Shown: positions 13,602-28,410 of the stretch, one piece after another | Layout: each line of letters starts with the position of its first letter | Numbering within the stretch: position 1 is the first letter of the stretch | Assembly: GCF_009914755.1 (NCBI RefSeq) | Contig: NC_060926.1 | Length of the DNA stretch: 64,000 bases | DNA from: the human T2T-CHM13v2.0 reference genome, Homo sapiens | Direction: 5' to 3' (one strand) | Translations under genes and position numbers: made by a program | The notes under the pieces: model-generated | Databases searched by the model: none | Seen by the model: only the letters and a program-made list of their open reading frames with translations | Told to the model about the DNA's origin: nothing

Positions 13602-14129
13602 TAAAGAAAACTTTCCACGAAATTGTGATGAGTAATTCAAACTCCCCTTTATCTATCTTTTACACCAGACCCACCTTCAAGCAGCTTGATGACCACAGCC
13701 CATGCTCTGCCCCTCTATTGCCCGTCACAGTTGGGCTAGCTGTCACAGCAAAACTCATCCCTGAGTCAGTGCAGAATAACAAAAACCACATACTCACACT
13801 GCCAGCTGAGCCCTTTCATGGTGTTGTATAAAACTGAAATGGTGGTAATTGCTACAAATGATGTCCAGATTAAATGTTGTGATGAACATTTTTAAAGGCC
13901 TGGATGATTTCATGATTCTATCATAGTCCCAGCAAAGTTACCTAAAGAAGTAACATAGATAATCAAGTGTCATATTTCAGATATCAGCTGATTTTCTGCA
14001 GTGGGAGAGACAGTCAGGGTCAGAAGGAATATTCCATTCTCCCCATTCCCAGCAGCTCCAAATTGGTTGGTAGATAGCAAAGATTCCCACCTTCCTATGA
14101 AGCAGCAAAAACATGTCCCTGGTAAAGGA

Positions 14130-14174
14130 AGACTATTTAACCAATAATAGGGAGACTATTTAACCAATAATAGG
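14130..14174. repeat. 23-bp tandem duplication
   Basis: agactatttaaccaataatagg at 14130 and 14153. Confidence 0.95.
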
Positions 14175-14479
14175 TTTGCATTCTTATCAGAGCCTTTTTT
14201 TTTTTTGACATAAAACTCTATCTTCATTCAACTTTTGGAGCCTAGGTAAGGCTCAGTACTTTTTCTAAAACAAAACACTACTGACATCCCCTAAAGATGA
14301 ATTCCATGTCATATCAACCTTTCTATCCCCAGCACCTGGCACAATACTATTACAGAACAGGGACTCAACAAATATTTGTTTAATGAATAAATTAATGATG
14401 AAATGATAGAAATCAATCCATGCCTCAAATGGTCTTGATTTATAGTCATGCTGGAGAAAGGGGATCAAAAAGAAAGGAC

Positions 14480-14990
14480 GACAAAGATGAGCATCTTAAA
14501 ATGCAGCATGCAGTGCTTTTTTTTTTAAAGATACTTTAGAGAATTGCATGGTAATTTATCTAATCCACCCTGTCAGGAAGAATCTGAAGATGCAATCTCT
14601 GCCTCCCTGCTAAGTCTTAGCGTGTGCTGATTTGAGGTGGCTCCAGAAGTGAAGCTAAACAATTAATTGCACTATTAAACAAACACTTTATGTTCCCTTG
14701 AAAACCTTTAATGAGAGCCTCAGTGTCAGAGAGGAAAAGATGCTGAGGCATCAGAACCATGAAAGAGACATTAAATTTCTTTCTGCTGCAGCCCTGTGGC
14801 AGTGGTGTCTGCGCCCCATTCCTGCCAAGTTCACAGTCTTTAACATGACACTGAGCTTGACAGAGAAATTGCAGGTACTCGAGTATGTATCTGCATTGCA
14901 ACAGATGTCAGCATCACGTTTAGAAGAAAATTGAATTACAGATGGAAGGAGCTTGGGAGTTGAGAGCATCTGTTATATGAATCTGTATTT
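14480..14990. promoter_or_regulatory. Candidate conserved non-coding element / enhancer
   Basis: Repeat-free; TAATCC, CTGTCA/TGACAG, AATTAATT and TAAACAAACA motifs. Inference only. Confidence 0.35.
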
Positions 14991-15064
14991 GAGAGAATAC
15001 ATTTGAAAAATAAGTCTCCTCAACTTCCGAATGAACTAAAATTGTTCATGATTCTTACTGCCAT

Positions 15065-15065
<1 letters not shown>

Positions 15066-15107
<42 letters not shown>

Positions 15108-15137
15108 TCTCTCTTCCTCACTCCCTCACTCCCTCTC
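15066..15137. repeat. (CT)n pyrimidine tract
   Basis: Directly visible. Confidence 0.95.
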
Positions 15138-17319
15138 AACCTTTTAAAAAGAATAACATAATTGATGCTTTTTCACACCGTCAAGGTAAAGAATATTGGT
15201 AGAAACTGTTTTAGAGAGTAATGTGTCATCTGTATCAGTAATAGAATATCAATTAAAATATTAGAATGTCCCAAAGATTCTTTCCAAATAATCCTAATAT
15301 TCTTGCCCTAATAAAAAGCACCATGGTGTCTGGATGACCAATCATGTTTGGTCAGCATAAAACACCTAGAACCTATATGTGACCTTCTTTGCTGTCATTG
15401 TCCATTTCTTTTTAGTTCCTATGAGAAGGGACCTTCAATCCAGGTAGTCACTATGATTTCATTCAACAAAGAAGTCACTGTCTGAGCCAAGAATTCTCAG
15501 AGGATAGTTTATAGCTCTAAGTAAAATCATTTCTGATAAATATGACCCTTAAACTACACACAGGACACAGCTCACTCCTTCCCAATCATGTCCTGACAAC
15601 GGCTCAACGCACACCTAACAGAAGCAGTTACAGCTACATGGACTGCAGGCTGTGAAGGAAATGATGGAAAGCACACACTCATTTTACACAGGTCCAATCA
15701 CCAGCTGCTGGGCTTTTATGCCCTTTCGGTTATCTGCAGTCTCATCTCCAATTGTGAAAGACGGGTGAGTTATAGATTCTAATAGGTGGAACAGTGATTA
15801 TCTGTGACCTCTTTATCACCCTGGAGACCAACTCATGCTTGGACCAGGATATCCAAGTGCCCTTAGCTGCAATAGGACTTTAGTTCAGCATGCCCAGGCC
15901 CCACCACCATGTGCTTCAGTTAGCCCCTCAAGTTCCACTAAAAACTTGCTGAGATCCAAGATACTTCCATGGTGCCCTCAGCATGGTTCCCACACCAATT
16001 GGTGCCCAAAAGTGAGTGAAGGGAGCTGGGAGGAAAGTGGAAGCCTTTTCTCCAAAATAGCAAGTAATTTGGCAAGGATATATTCTACACCAAGGAGTCA
16101 GGATACTGAAGGACAAGGGGTGGCTGTTTAAACGTGTCTGTGCAAAGAGTTTTTTAAATGACCTAATAAAGACCATTGAAAGCTAGAACTAGGATCAATT
16201 ATCCATAAAAATGAAATGTAACCCTCCTTTACGGGACTTTTGAAGAGACTTTACTCTTATCCCCTGTCCCTTGAACAGCGATGCTGTACTTGGAAGAGAG
16301 TCTCCCTGCTTGAAGGAGCCAGGAATCAGGATTTCACTGGGCGTGTCATGACGCTTTCCCTCCACCGTCTCTCTAATCATGATGAATGCCATGGCTTTGG
16401 CACATCTGGCTAAAGTCAGGAGTGTGAGGCAGCCACATCTGGACTCTGGCATTATTTCATCTCTAATTTAATAGCTGACTTCCCAGTTCTGAAGCTGACA
16501 AAGGACTTGAGCATCAAAAATTGAAAGGATGATCACTAAACTTTGTTGGCTTTCAGGCACTTGCTCTCGCCTCAGGGAAATTTATACCCTATTCCATTGA
16601 AGACACTGCTCAAGTGACAGTCATAACTCAACAACAGTGTTCAGAAGATTTTCCAAAGATTGACATTCTTACTGAGATTCCTTTAGCCTATGGTTTGGGT
16701 CAAATCCAGACTGTGGAAACTCCCTTTATGTACTAGGTTCAAGGTCATCAGTTCACCAAGGAAAAAAATACCCATTCCCATTTTCAAACTTCCCAATCCA
16801 TTTTTATCTTCTTTGTCTGCATTAACCTCATTGATCCTCTCACATCTTTGCACTATCCCAAGAGCATTATTTTTTTTAATTTTATTTATTTATTTGAGTA
16901 GGACATTCTCAAGAAGTCTTTGCTAAAATTTTTCTTACAGCTGTTACCACTTAGAATCACTTAAAAATTCTCTTATTTTAGGGCCCTTGTTCTCAGTGTT
17001 TAAATTTAACTTCATAATATTTGCAGAAAGCTGGATTGCCCAAGAAAATTCACTGTAAGACTCAAGGCCTCTGTTTACTTATCTTTGAAATTGATTTCTT
17101 TATATGGATCTAATATGACTTTATTAAAATATCAAACTTAGAAAATATAAAGTAAAATACTATGTAACTGCTCCCTGTACAATAATCTTAAATGAATTTA
17201 GCTTGTTCTTCCATAGATGATACCAAGGGTAGTTATTCAACCACAGAAGTGGCTAAAAAAATGAAGATATTACCTGACAACCTGAAGCTCCCAAGACCTT
17301 TTATTCCCCTTGGAAACAT

Positions 17320-18390
17320 CTAACGAGCTCCTACCATGTGCAAAGTGTGAGACAAAGTGCCAAAGGGGTGAAAAGGAACTTAGAGACAACCCCGGCCCTT
17401 GCAGTTGCTCATCATCCAGGAGAAAACGCAGACCCGTGGACATACTGTCAGATCGTAGAAGCAAGGCCAGAGGGAACTGGGAGGTTAAGTGTGGGGCACG
17501 CTCTGAATAATCAGATTCCAAAGCAGAATAGGGGTGTCTGCTTATGTTGGTTCTAAATCCTGCCCTGAGAACCCATACGTATGGGTTCCCCTATACAGGT
17601 CTGCAACTTGGAAAGTTGACCTTATGCTTGGGGACCGTCCATCACAATGTACTACATTATTTCTATCCAAAAAAATGCAGGTGAGCGTACTCCTGCTGGC
17701 AACCTCCTCAAAGCACAAATCGGGTGATGAGCCCCAAAAAGGGCTTATTAGTCCCGGTTTTGCATGTGAAAAGTCAGAGAGCGATAAAGCCATTTCATTC
17801 CCCATCGACCTGGCACTCAGCGCTGCAGGGGTCAGAACCCCACATGAAGACTGCATGCCGCACTCCCGACCACGCCAAGAGGCCTCTGGTCCCCTTCGGC
17901 CACTCTTCAGAGACACCAATCCCCGGCCCCCCACAGCATTTTCAACAATCCACTTCCGACTACCTTTTTATGACTTTACAACACAGTTTTTCCTCAAATT
18001 TTATGGCATTTCATTAAAGCCGCCAGAAGGTGATACTACCCCTTTTCTAGGAGTGAAATAAATTCAAGTTTTATCGCTTCTGGAAATGCCCGAGCAGCTG
18101 TCAGGACATTTGATAGATTTTCTCAATTACAGGACTTGTGGAGCATTTTATACTTACATCTGCACCGAAGCCCGATAGAGTCGATGCTCGTCTTGCCTCT
18201 CTCCCTTTTATCCCGTGCATCCTTTTAATGACCAATTTGTTATTTTTTCCCTTTTATTTCTCCTTACCTCCTATTTTCTGCATTTTGTTTCTCTTTTTGC
18301 TGTTTGGTTTAGAGAATGACTCATTTCTCACACAAATTTACATTATTTGTAAAAGAGAAGGGAAGTGGGGTCGGGGGGCAGGGTGCCTAA
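17320..18390. promoter_or_regulatory. CpG-enriched unique element, candidate developmental enhancer/promoter
   Basis: ~29 CpG in ~1.05 kb of non-repeat DNA; HOX/CDX, PBX-HOX, MEIS, ETS and GATA motifs; G4 motif at 18360-18383. Confidence 0.6.
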
Positions 18391-18870
18391 CCAGGATCTA
18401 TAGAAGTAAAAAGAATAAATTAAAATTTAAAAGCAAATCAATTTTTGCATAAAGGAATTTACTGTTAAAGTCAGGTACCCTTTGCACATGCAGTATTTAT
18501 CGATGTGGCATCACAGATGTTGAGTTTTTTCCTAATGGGATAGAGGCTCTTGGTTGTGTGACTTTTTACACTAATCAGGCTATTCATTGGTGTTTTTCTT
18601 CATTGTCAAAATAAAGAATATCAGCTTTCAGTGACAACTTCAAGGATGATTCAAAACTGACCAACCATGGTCCCAGTAGATGCTAAATATATTTAAAAGG
18701 CTCATGTGTAACACAGACCAGACCAGTAGAATGTGCAGACAGACTACGGTTATGGCAGATAACATCTATTTCATTGGTTTTAAATATATCATCTTGTGGA
18801 CAGAGCAGAAACCTCAGACAGAAACTGAATGGGTGGTCAAAATATCTTTGTTTTCATGAAAATGCTTTTC

Positions 18871-19174
18871 TTTTCTTGTTTGTTTGTTTTTTTTAAACAA
18901 GGTCTTGCTCTGTCACCCAAGTTGGAGTGCAATGGCATGAACACGGCTCACTGCAGCCTCGACTCTCAGGCTTAAGTGATCTTCCCACCTCAGCCTCCCA
19001 AGTAGCTAGGATTACAGGCACATGTCACCACAGCTGGCTAATTTTTGTATTTTTTGTAGAGATGAGGTTTCACCATGTTGCCCAGGCTGGTCTCAAATTC
19101 CTGGGCTCAAGTGATCCTCTCACCTCATCCTCCCAAAGTACTATGATTACTGGTGTGAGCCAGCACACCCAGCC
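18871..19174 (-). mobile_element. AluJ
   Basis: Antisense dimer; TSD ~aaatgc(t/c)tttc. Confidence 0.93.
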
Positions 19175-19547
19175 AGAAATGCCTTTCACTTAAATAACAT
19201 TTTAAAACTTTGGAGTATTTTCTCATACATTACCAAGTATAACATCCCCAGCAATACTGGAGAGTAAACAAGACGACTATATTAGAGATGAGGAAACTCA
19301 GGCTCACAAAGGACCAGCACTTTGCCCAAGATCAAAAACAGAGTCTTAATTCCAATCCAGCTCTTCTAACTCCAACTCTAGTGTTTTTCCTCTATTGTTG
19401 ATTTCCCACAGTACCTGACAGTCTCAATAAGAAACTTAATTCCCCAGTTTCTGTATAGAGCGCCCTACCAATACCTTACAAGTACATGTGACTTTAAAGT
19501 CTTCAAAATGTGTCCACATCACTCTCTGAAATCTCCCCTCAATCATT

Positions 19548-19717
19548 CTTTTTTGTTGTGTTTGTTTTTGTTGAGACAGGGTGTTGTTCTGTTGCCCAGG
19601 TTGGAGTGCAATGGCACAATCACGGCTCACTGCAGCCTCAACCTTCCAGGTTCAAGTGATCCTCCCATCTCAGCCCCTTGAGTAGCTAGAACCACAGGTG
19701 CATGCCACCACGCTGGG

Positions 19718-19768
<51 letters not shown>

Positions 19769-19952
19769 CGAGACAGAGAGAGAGAGAGACAGACAGAGAG
19801 AGAGAGACAGAGAGACAGAGACAGAGAGTAAGAAGAGAGACAGGGTCTCCCTACATTGCCTAGGCTAGTCTCAAACTCCTGGGCTCAAGTGATCCTCCCA
19901 CCTTAGCTTCCCAAAGTGTTGGGATTACAGGCATGAGCCACCATGCCCAGCC
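19548..19952 (-). mobile_element. AluJ with (GT)n(GA)n microsatellite in the linker (19719-19840)
   Basis: Both arms present; TSD tcattcttt. Confidence 0.93.
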
Positions 19953-20047
19953 TAAGTCATTCTTTATACCATTACCCCATTTAATATTTTATAGCCCAAA
20001 TCATACTCTGAAATTATATTCCTTATTTATTTACTCATCCCTTTATT

Positions 20048-20543
20048 TGTTTCAGTTATCTAATGCTATGTAACAAATCACCCCAAACTTAGTGGTTTAG
20101 AAAAAAAACTATACTTTATCACTTCTCACAAGTCTGTGGGTTGACTGGGCTCAGCTGAGTGATTTTCCTGCCCCACATGGTGTAGCTGAGGTCACCCATG
20201 TGGTTGCACTGAGCTGGGAGCTTGGTTGAGGCTGAAACACTCAAGATGGACTCACCCTCCAGGCACTTCCTCCATGTGGTTTTTTAACATTCAGCTATCA
20301 AGTTCAAGCTTTTTTACAGTGCAGCAGCTGGCTTCCAAAAAGGAGCATTCTAAGAGCTAACGCCCCAACGTGTAAGCACTTTTCAAGCTTCTGTTTGCAT
20401 CACCCCTGCTAACACCCATTGGTTAAAGCAGGTCACATAGCCGAATCCAGAATCAGTGTAGGTGTGTGGGTGAGGACCACCCAAGGGTGTGAATGTCATG
20501 TGTCATAAGTCATTAGGGGCTAACAATGTGACAGTATACCCCA
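20048..20543 (-). mobile_element. MLT1G/H-like MaLR LTR inserted in an L2 3' end
   Basis: tgctatgtaacaaatcaccccaaacttagtgg...ggtcacatagcc; L2 3' sequence on both sides (to ~20690). Confidence 0.75.
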
Positions 20544-20759
20544 GTATTTGGAAAGGGAACCACTACAATGTGAACTCTATGACAATGGAAACTTTATCTT
20601 GTTTATTGCTGTAACCCTAGCACCGGAAGAGTTCCTGGAAAATAATAGAAGCTCAATAAATATCTGCTAAATAAATAAATAACTGAATGAGGTGCAACCC
20701 TATGATTAGGAAAGATTTTATTAACTTCATTCCTTTTTATTAAAATAAACTTTAATTAA

Positions 20760-22090
20760 AGTCTAGTCCCTTATACTCCTTCCTAGCCATTACCCCTCTT
20801 AAAGGGTAACTACTATCCTGACATCTGGTATGATGGATTAGTTCTGCCTATTTCTGAAATTCTATCTAAATGGAAACATACTGTATATACTCTTTGTGTC
20901 TGGCTTCTTTCATCACTATTATGTTTGTGAGGTTAATCCATGTTGCTGTGTGAAGCTGTAGTTTTTCATTCTCATTATTTATAGTATTCCATAACATGAA
21001 TACACTACCATGTATTTATCTGTCCTACTATTGATGAATATTTGAGTTGTTTCCAAGTTGGAGCTATTATGAACAGTGTTGTTATGAACATTTATGTTTG
21101 TGATTTTTGGTGAAAGCATACATTTCTCTTAGGTATAAATGGAATGGCATATACTCAGCTTTGGAAGAAACCCAAAGAGTTTAGCAAAGTGGCTGTAACA
21201 TACACTCCACCAGGAACATTTAGGTGTTCCAGTAACTTCATAGCCTCATCAGCACTTAAAATCATCTGTCTTTTTCCTTTCAGCTTTCTAGGGGGTGGGT
21301 AGTGATATCACATCGTGCTTTTAATTTGCTTATCCCTTATAATTAATAAATGGTGGTTTATTAGTTTACTATGGCTGCTGTAACAAATTGCCATAAGCTT
21401 TGTGGCTTAAGACAACATAAATGTATTTTCTCACAGTTCTGGAGGCCAGAAATCCAAAATCAAGGTGTCAGTAAAGATATATTCCTTCTGGAGGCCTAGA
21501 GCAGAATCTATTTCTTGCCTCTTCCAGCTCCCAGTGACTGCTGGGATCCCATGGCTTGTGCCTACATCATTCCAATCTCTGTCTGCCTTCATGTTCCCTT
21601 TCCTGTGTGTGTCTGTATCAAAACTCCCTCTGTCTCTCTCTACATAAGGACTCATCCAGATAATCCAGGATATAATTGCATGTTGGACTCATCCAGATAA
21701 TCTAGGATATAATTGCATGTTGGACTCATCCAGATAATCTAGGATAAGTTTCTCATTTCAAGATCCTTTACCTTAATCACATATTTTGTCATATAATATA
21801 TATTCTTTGGCCATATAATATTCATGGGTCCTAGGGATTAAAAAGTAGATCTATCCTTGGGTGGAGGGATATTTTTCAGCCTACAGGTGGGAAAAATGTA
21901 TATGTCCTCTTTTGTCAATTGCCTGCTTAAGTCTTTTGCCCATTTTTCTATTGGGTGGTCTGTTTTTCTTACTGATTTGTTACAATTTATTATTCTGAAT
22001 ACAAATCCTTTAACAAATGCATATATTACAAATTCTGTGGCTTGCCTTTTCACTCTTCTAATTGTAACCAGTTCTTAATGTAATTCAATT
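20760..22090 (-). mobile_element. Old L1M 3' fragment, interrupted by an MLT1C LTR
   Basis: Antisense L1 3'UTR/ORF2 end; ORF 21838-22053 contains PIEKWAKDLSRQLTKEDI. Confidence 0.85.
21357..21886 (-). mobile_element. MLT1C-like MaLR LTR with internal 37-bp tandem repeat
   Basis: ggctgctgtaacaaatt...tctcacagttctggaggccagaa; repeat at 21648-21746. Confidence 0.8.
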
Positions 22091-23591
22091 TATCTCACTT
22101 TTTAGTAGATGAATAAAGAAGAGAAGCCCAGTGACTTCTTCAGAAGGCATATCTAATTAGAAACAAGTGATCAACCTTGTGTCCATGTTACCAAAGTTCA
22201 TTAATGGATGAATGGGTTTTTGTAGTGCTGTAAAACTACTGGGTATTTAAATGTTTCCTTTAGCATTTATAGCTTTTATTTTAAAACAAATTAAAATAAC
22301 AGAGTAGTGAAATTTTTTAATTAAACAAATTTTTCCAATTTGGTTTCTCAAAATTCCAATTGGCTTTTTTGCAGAAATTGACAAGTTTATCCTAAAATTC
22401 ATATGGAAATTCAAGAGATCCAGAAAACCAAAACAATCTTAAAAAGAAAAAAGCAAAGTAGGAGGCCTCACACTTTTCAATGTCAAAACTTACTATAAAG
22501 CTATAACAAACAGGACAATGCAGTACTGGCATAAGGGCAGGTCAATGCAATAGAATTTAGAGTCCAGAAATAAACCTATGTACTTGGTCAATTGATTTTC
22601 AACAAGGGCACCTAGACCATTCAATAGTATTTTCAACAAATGGTGCTAAGACAACTGGACAAGCACAGGCAAAAGATCGTTGGACTCCCTACCTCACATC
22701 ATATACGAAAATTAATTCAAAGGGGATTCAAGGCCTAAACGTAAGTTCTAAAACTATAAAACTTTTGGAAGAAAATGTAAACATAAACCTTCATGATCTT
22801 GGATTAGGCCATAGTTTGTCAGATACAACACAAAAAGCAAAAGCACCAAAATAAAAAAAACAGATAAATTGGACTTCATCAAGATGTTATACTGCAAAGA
22901 ACACTACCAAGAAAGTGAAAAGACAGCCCACAGAATGGGAGAAAATGTTAGCAAATCATGTACCTGATAAGGGACTTATATCTAGAATGTATAAAGAATT
23001 CATACAACTCAATAATAAAAAGATCCAGGTAAGATGTGGAAAATAATTAATAATAATAAAGATATATAGCCCAATTTAAAAATGGGCAAAGGATTTGAAT
23101 AGACATTTCTCCAAAGAAGATATACAATAAATACATGAAAAGGTATGCAACACAATCAGGGAAGTACAAATCAAAATTACAATAAGATACCATTTCATAC
23201 CCACTAAGATGGCTGGAATCAAAAAGATAATATCAAGTGATGGCCAGGTTATGGAGAAATTGCAACCCTCATACACTGCTGATGGAAATACGAAATGGTG
23301 CAGCTGCTTTGAAAGAAGAGCCCAGCAAGTACTAAAAAGTTTAGTGTTACCATATGAACCAGCAATTTTACTCCTAGGTATACACCAAGAGAAATGAAAT
23401 CTATACCCACACACAAAACTTGCATGTGAATGTTCATAACTGCATTATTCATAATAGCCAAAAAGTAGAACAACCCAAATATCCACCAACTATGGTAAAT
23501 AAATATATAAAATGTAATATATCCATATCATAAAATGAGATGAAGTACTGATACATGATATAACATAAATGAAACTTGAAAACATTATGCT

Positions 23592-24176
<585 letters not shown>

Positions 24177-24689
24177 AGAATATTATGCTACATGAAAATT
24201 CAATCACAAAAGACCACATACTGTATGATTCCATGTGTATAAAATATCCAGAATAGACAGATCCATATAAACAGGAAGTAGATTAATAGTTGCTAAGGCT
24301 GGAGAGGTTGAGCGGGAGAAATGAGAAATAACTGCTAATGAGCATGAGGTTTCTTGTTGGGGTGATAAAAATATTCTTAAATTGCTGGTGGTGATGATTG
24401 CACAACTCTGTAAAATACACTAAAAATCATGGAATTGTACACTTTAAATAGGTGAATTATGCAGTATGTGAATTATATCTCAAGAATGCTGTTATGTTGA
24501 AAAAACGTTTTACTTTTTTAATCTAACTGAAGCTCCTCTCTCTGTTTGTTAGGAGTATTTTCACTAATTCTAGCCCATGTTATTATCTTTTGATAAGCCA
24601 GAAAGCATTTTCTACATTTGAAAAATACTGAGGACATTACTCTGGGCATTTGATATATTTCAGATAATATTAATGTTATCGTAAGAAAT

Positions 24690-25120
24690 AGCCTGTGGTC
24701 TGGTAGAAAAAATCCTGGACTTGAAGGCTTCAATATTTAATAACGAGGTGCTTTGAGCAAGTCACTTAACTTCTCTGAAACTTCATTTTAAAAAATAATA
24801 AAAAAGAGTTGAAGTACCTAATAGAGTTGTTAAGAATTAAGTAAGGTAATTACATGAAAGTGCTTGCCACATTAATGTGTTCTGTGAATTGCAGACAGAG
24901 TTTAGATATTCAGAAGACCCAAATTTTACTTTTAGCATTGCCACTTTCTTACTGGCTCTGTGACTTTGGATAAGTTACTTACCCTCTCTGAACCTTATTT
25001 TCCTTATTGATAAAATCTGAATGATTTTAGTTAAAATTAGGGGCTTTCATAAAGAGCATGTCTTTCAAGCCAGCATAGTTCCTAGCTTGTGGTAGGAAGC
25101 AATTATTACTAGCAGTATTA
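24690..25120 (+). mobile_element. Two tandem MIRs
   Basis: Two cores: ttgagcaagtcacttaacttctctg and tgtgactttggataagttacttaccctctctg. Confidence 0.8.
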
Positions 25121-25631
25121 ATAATGGTAAAATACCGTAGAGATGTAAGATTTATGACTACTCTGAAATACTAATGTGGCAATATCCCATCTGCTTAAAA
25201 CAGCCAATTCCACTACCATTAGGAGAAAAGGAAGGTATAGGATGCTCAACTCGGTGTGGAGGCATGGGTTACAGGCAGTGGGGAGGGAATGTAATTTTCT
25301 GATTTAAAGCACGTATAATAGAAAAAATTTGTATCTAATATATCTATTTTAAAATGCAAATACCCTGTCCCTTTTGCTATCCCTTAGTATTACCTAATAC
25401 TTATTAAATGCTGGCTATATGGGCATATGAGTCCCCTCAAACACTTTAATGTGGGAAGATGGACAAATACACTCTTTTTTTATTGTTCTACAGTAAACCA
25501 TTGTTATGTTATATTCTACTGATTTGAAATTTATAATTTTGTCAGGACAGTATGAGACATAAAAGATTTATCATGTAAATGAGTAATATAAACATAATTT
25601 TATGAAAGCTGTTTAAGAAAACTCATTGTGT

Positions 25632-26248
<617 letters not shown>

Positions 26249-26956
26249 TCATCGTGCATTTTTAAAAAATGGAACTTGTCTCTATCTGTATAGTTTTATG
26301 AACCGGTTACTTGTAAATGCCTATCCATGTGTCTTTTTTCCTGGACTGAACCCTTGTCCATTAAAAGCTGGGAATTTACATGTTTTTATATACAGTGCCG
26401 AGTGCAGGGCCTGGCACACAATATGCATTCATTCAGTAAATGTTAACCAAAGGCTTGCGGTTTCCAAGTACTGTACTCGGAATACTTCTGAATCCATTTA
26501 CTTAGACCAGCTAGTACACACATCAAAAATTGGGTATTGGGGAATTTTTGCTGACTTTCTTGTAGTTATGTTTCTATTAAGTTATTAAACTTCACATCTG
26601 CACTTCTTTACAAAATGTGGTATGATTCAGAGTTTCACTAATTCAGTCCTTTCCCCAAATTAATCTGAACTAGTAAAATTTCATTGGGCTAAACCAGTAT
26701 TCATGTTTTCAATTTTGGTCTTAAATATGCATATTCTTAGATCCAGACTGTTCATACCTGATAAATTCACCACTGTTTTTGGTTATCATGATTTAAGGAC
26801 ATTTATGAGTTGGAAGTAAATTTAAATAAATTATTGGTTACATTTGCTTTGTAACTAATGTTAGCATTTATTTTAGGTGGAAGGAACACAGGTGTTTGTT
26901 AGAATATCTTTTGCATTTCCTGTACATTTTTTAACTTCTCAAAAAATTTAAAAAGA

Positions 26957-27346
<390 letters not shown>

Positions 27347-28194
27347 TCAAGGACAAGTAGATCAAACATACAGAAAGAAAGTCAGTGAAGATATGGATGA
27401 AGGGTCTAGCACCTGGAAGGCCACCATTGGGCTCTTTTAATTACTTATTATAATGAGTTAGTGGTATTTTTCACTCGGTTATCAGTTTGTTTTTTACAAT
27501 TGGTTGGTTTTTGTGTCTGTGAAATACCCAGAAATCACCCTTCAATCTACAGTTTCACATACATTCTCTTTAAAAGGACAAACAAGTTCATAGATAATGA
27601 ACTATCTATATTAAGCTAGAATCCAATTCTTCCGTAAACTTATTTGTATTTGTGTCTTCTTAGACTTCTCTGACACAATGGTTCCCAAAATTGTTTAGGG
27701 TGTTGGAAGAAAAGAGATAGATAGATATTTCTATAATACCCAGGGCAAACAAGATGAGAGAGAAAAAAAGACTCCTTCCTGATGGTAATTAGCTTTATTC
27801 TGCACACTAGATTGTATTACCCTTGTCTTGGCAGGCAAAGGTTGCCCTTGTTCATAAATTTTATCCTGCCCACAGACTAATCTAACTATAGTAAATAATT
27901 TTCTCAATTCACAATTCTGCTTTCTCCAACCTGCTCATTATTTTCTATATTTTTGCAATAAGCACTACAAAATTGCATGTTTCATTACCAATTCAACATC
28001 CCTCTGAATGATGCATCTCTAAGTCCATTCCTTACCTACCCTGCATCAAAAGTGCTATACTCTTCAGTCTTTCACACTGTAAAATCTCTATTCAATAAAG
28101 AGTAGTTAATTTTTGATCAGGGAAGTGGGGGTTATAATACTTTCATAACACTGGCAATATTACAGAAACTTGAGAAGCAATATTTTATTTGTCA

Positions 28195-28410
28195 GTGCAG
28201 AGTGGTGGCAAGAGCATCAGATTGGGAGCTGGAAGATCAAGAGGCCTGTTAGCTGTGCGACCTTGGGCAGGTCTCTTCATCTTCCTGATCTTCAGGTTCA
28301 CCGTGTATAAAAATCTCACCCACCTTCCAAGGCGATTTTGAGGCTCAAATAAATGAAGTAAAAATACTTGTAAACTGTAAAGAGCTACATAAATATGAAA
28401 TGTTATTATT
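28195..28410 (+). mobile_element. MIR
   Basis: agctgtgcgaccttgggcaggtctcttcatctt. Confidence 0.8.

Noticed and set aside
17534-18061. Longest ORF (175 aa) as a protein-coding gene
   Set aside because: Non-ATG start, no recognisable domain, overlapping ORFs on both strands; explained by local GC/CpG richness.
21648-21746. CRISPR-like 37-bp repeats
   Set aside because: Head-to-tail with no spacers, inside a mammalian LTR, no cas genes.
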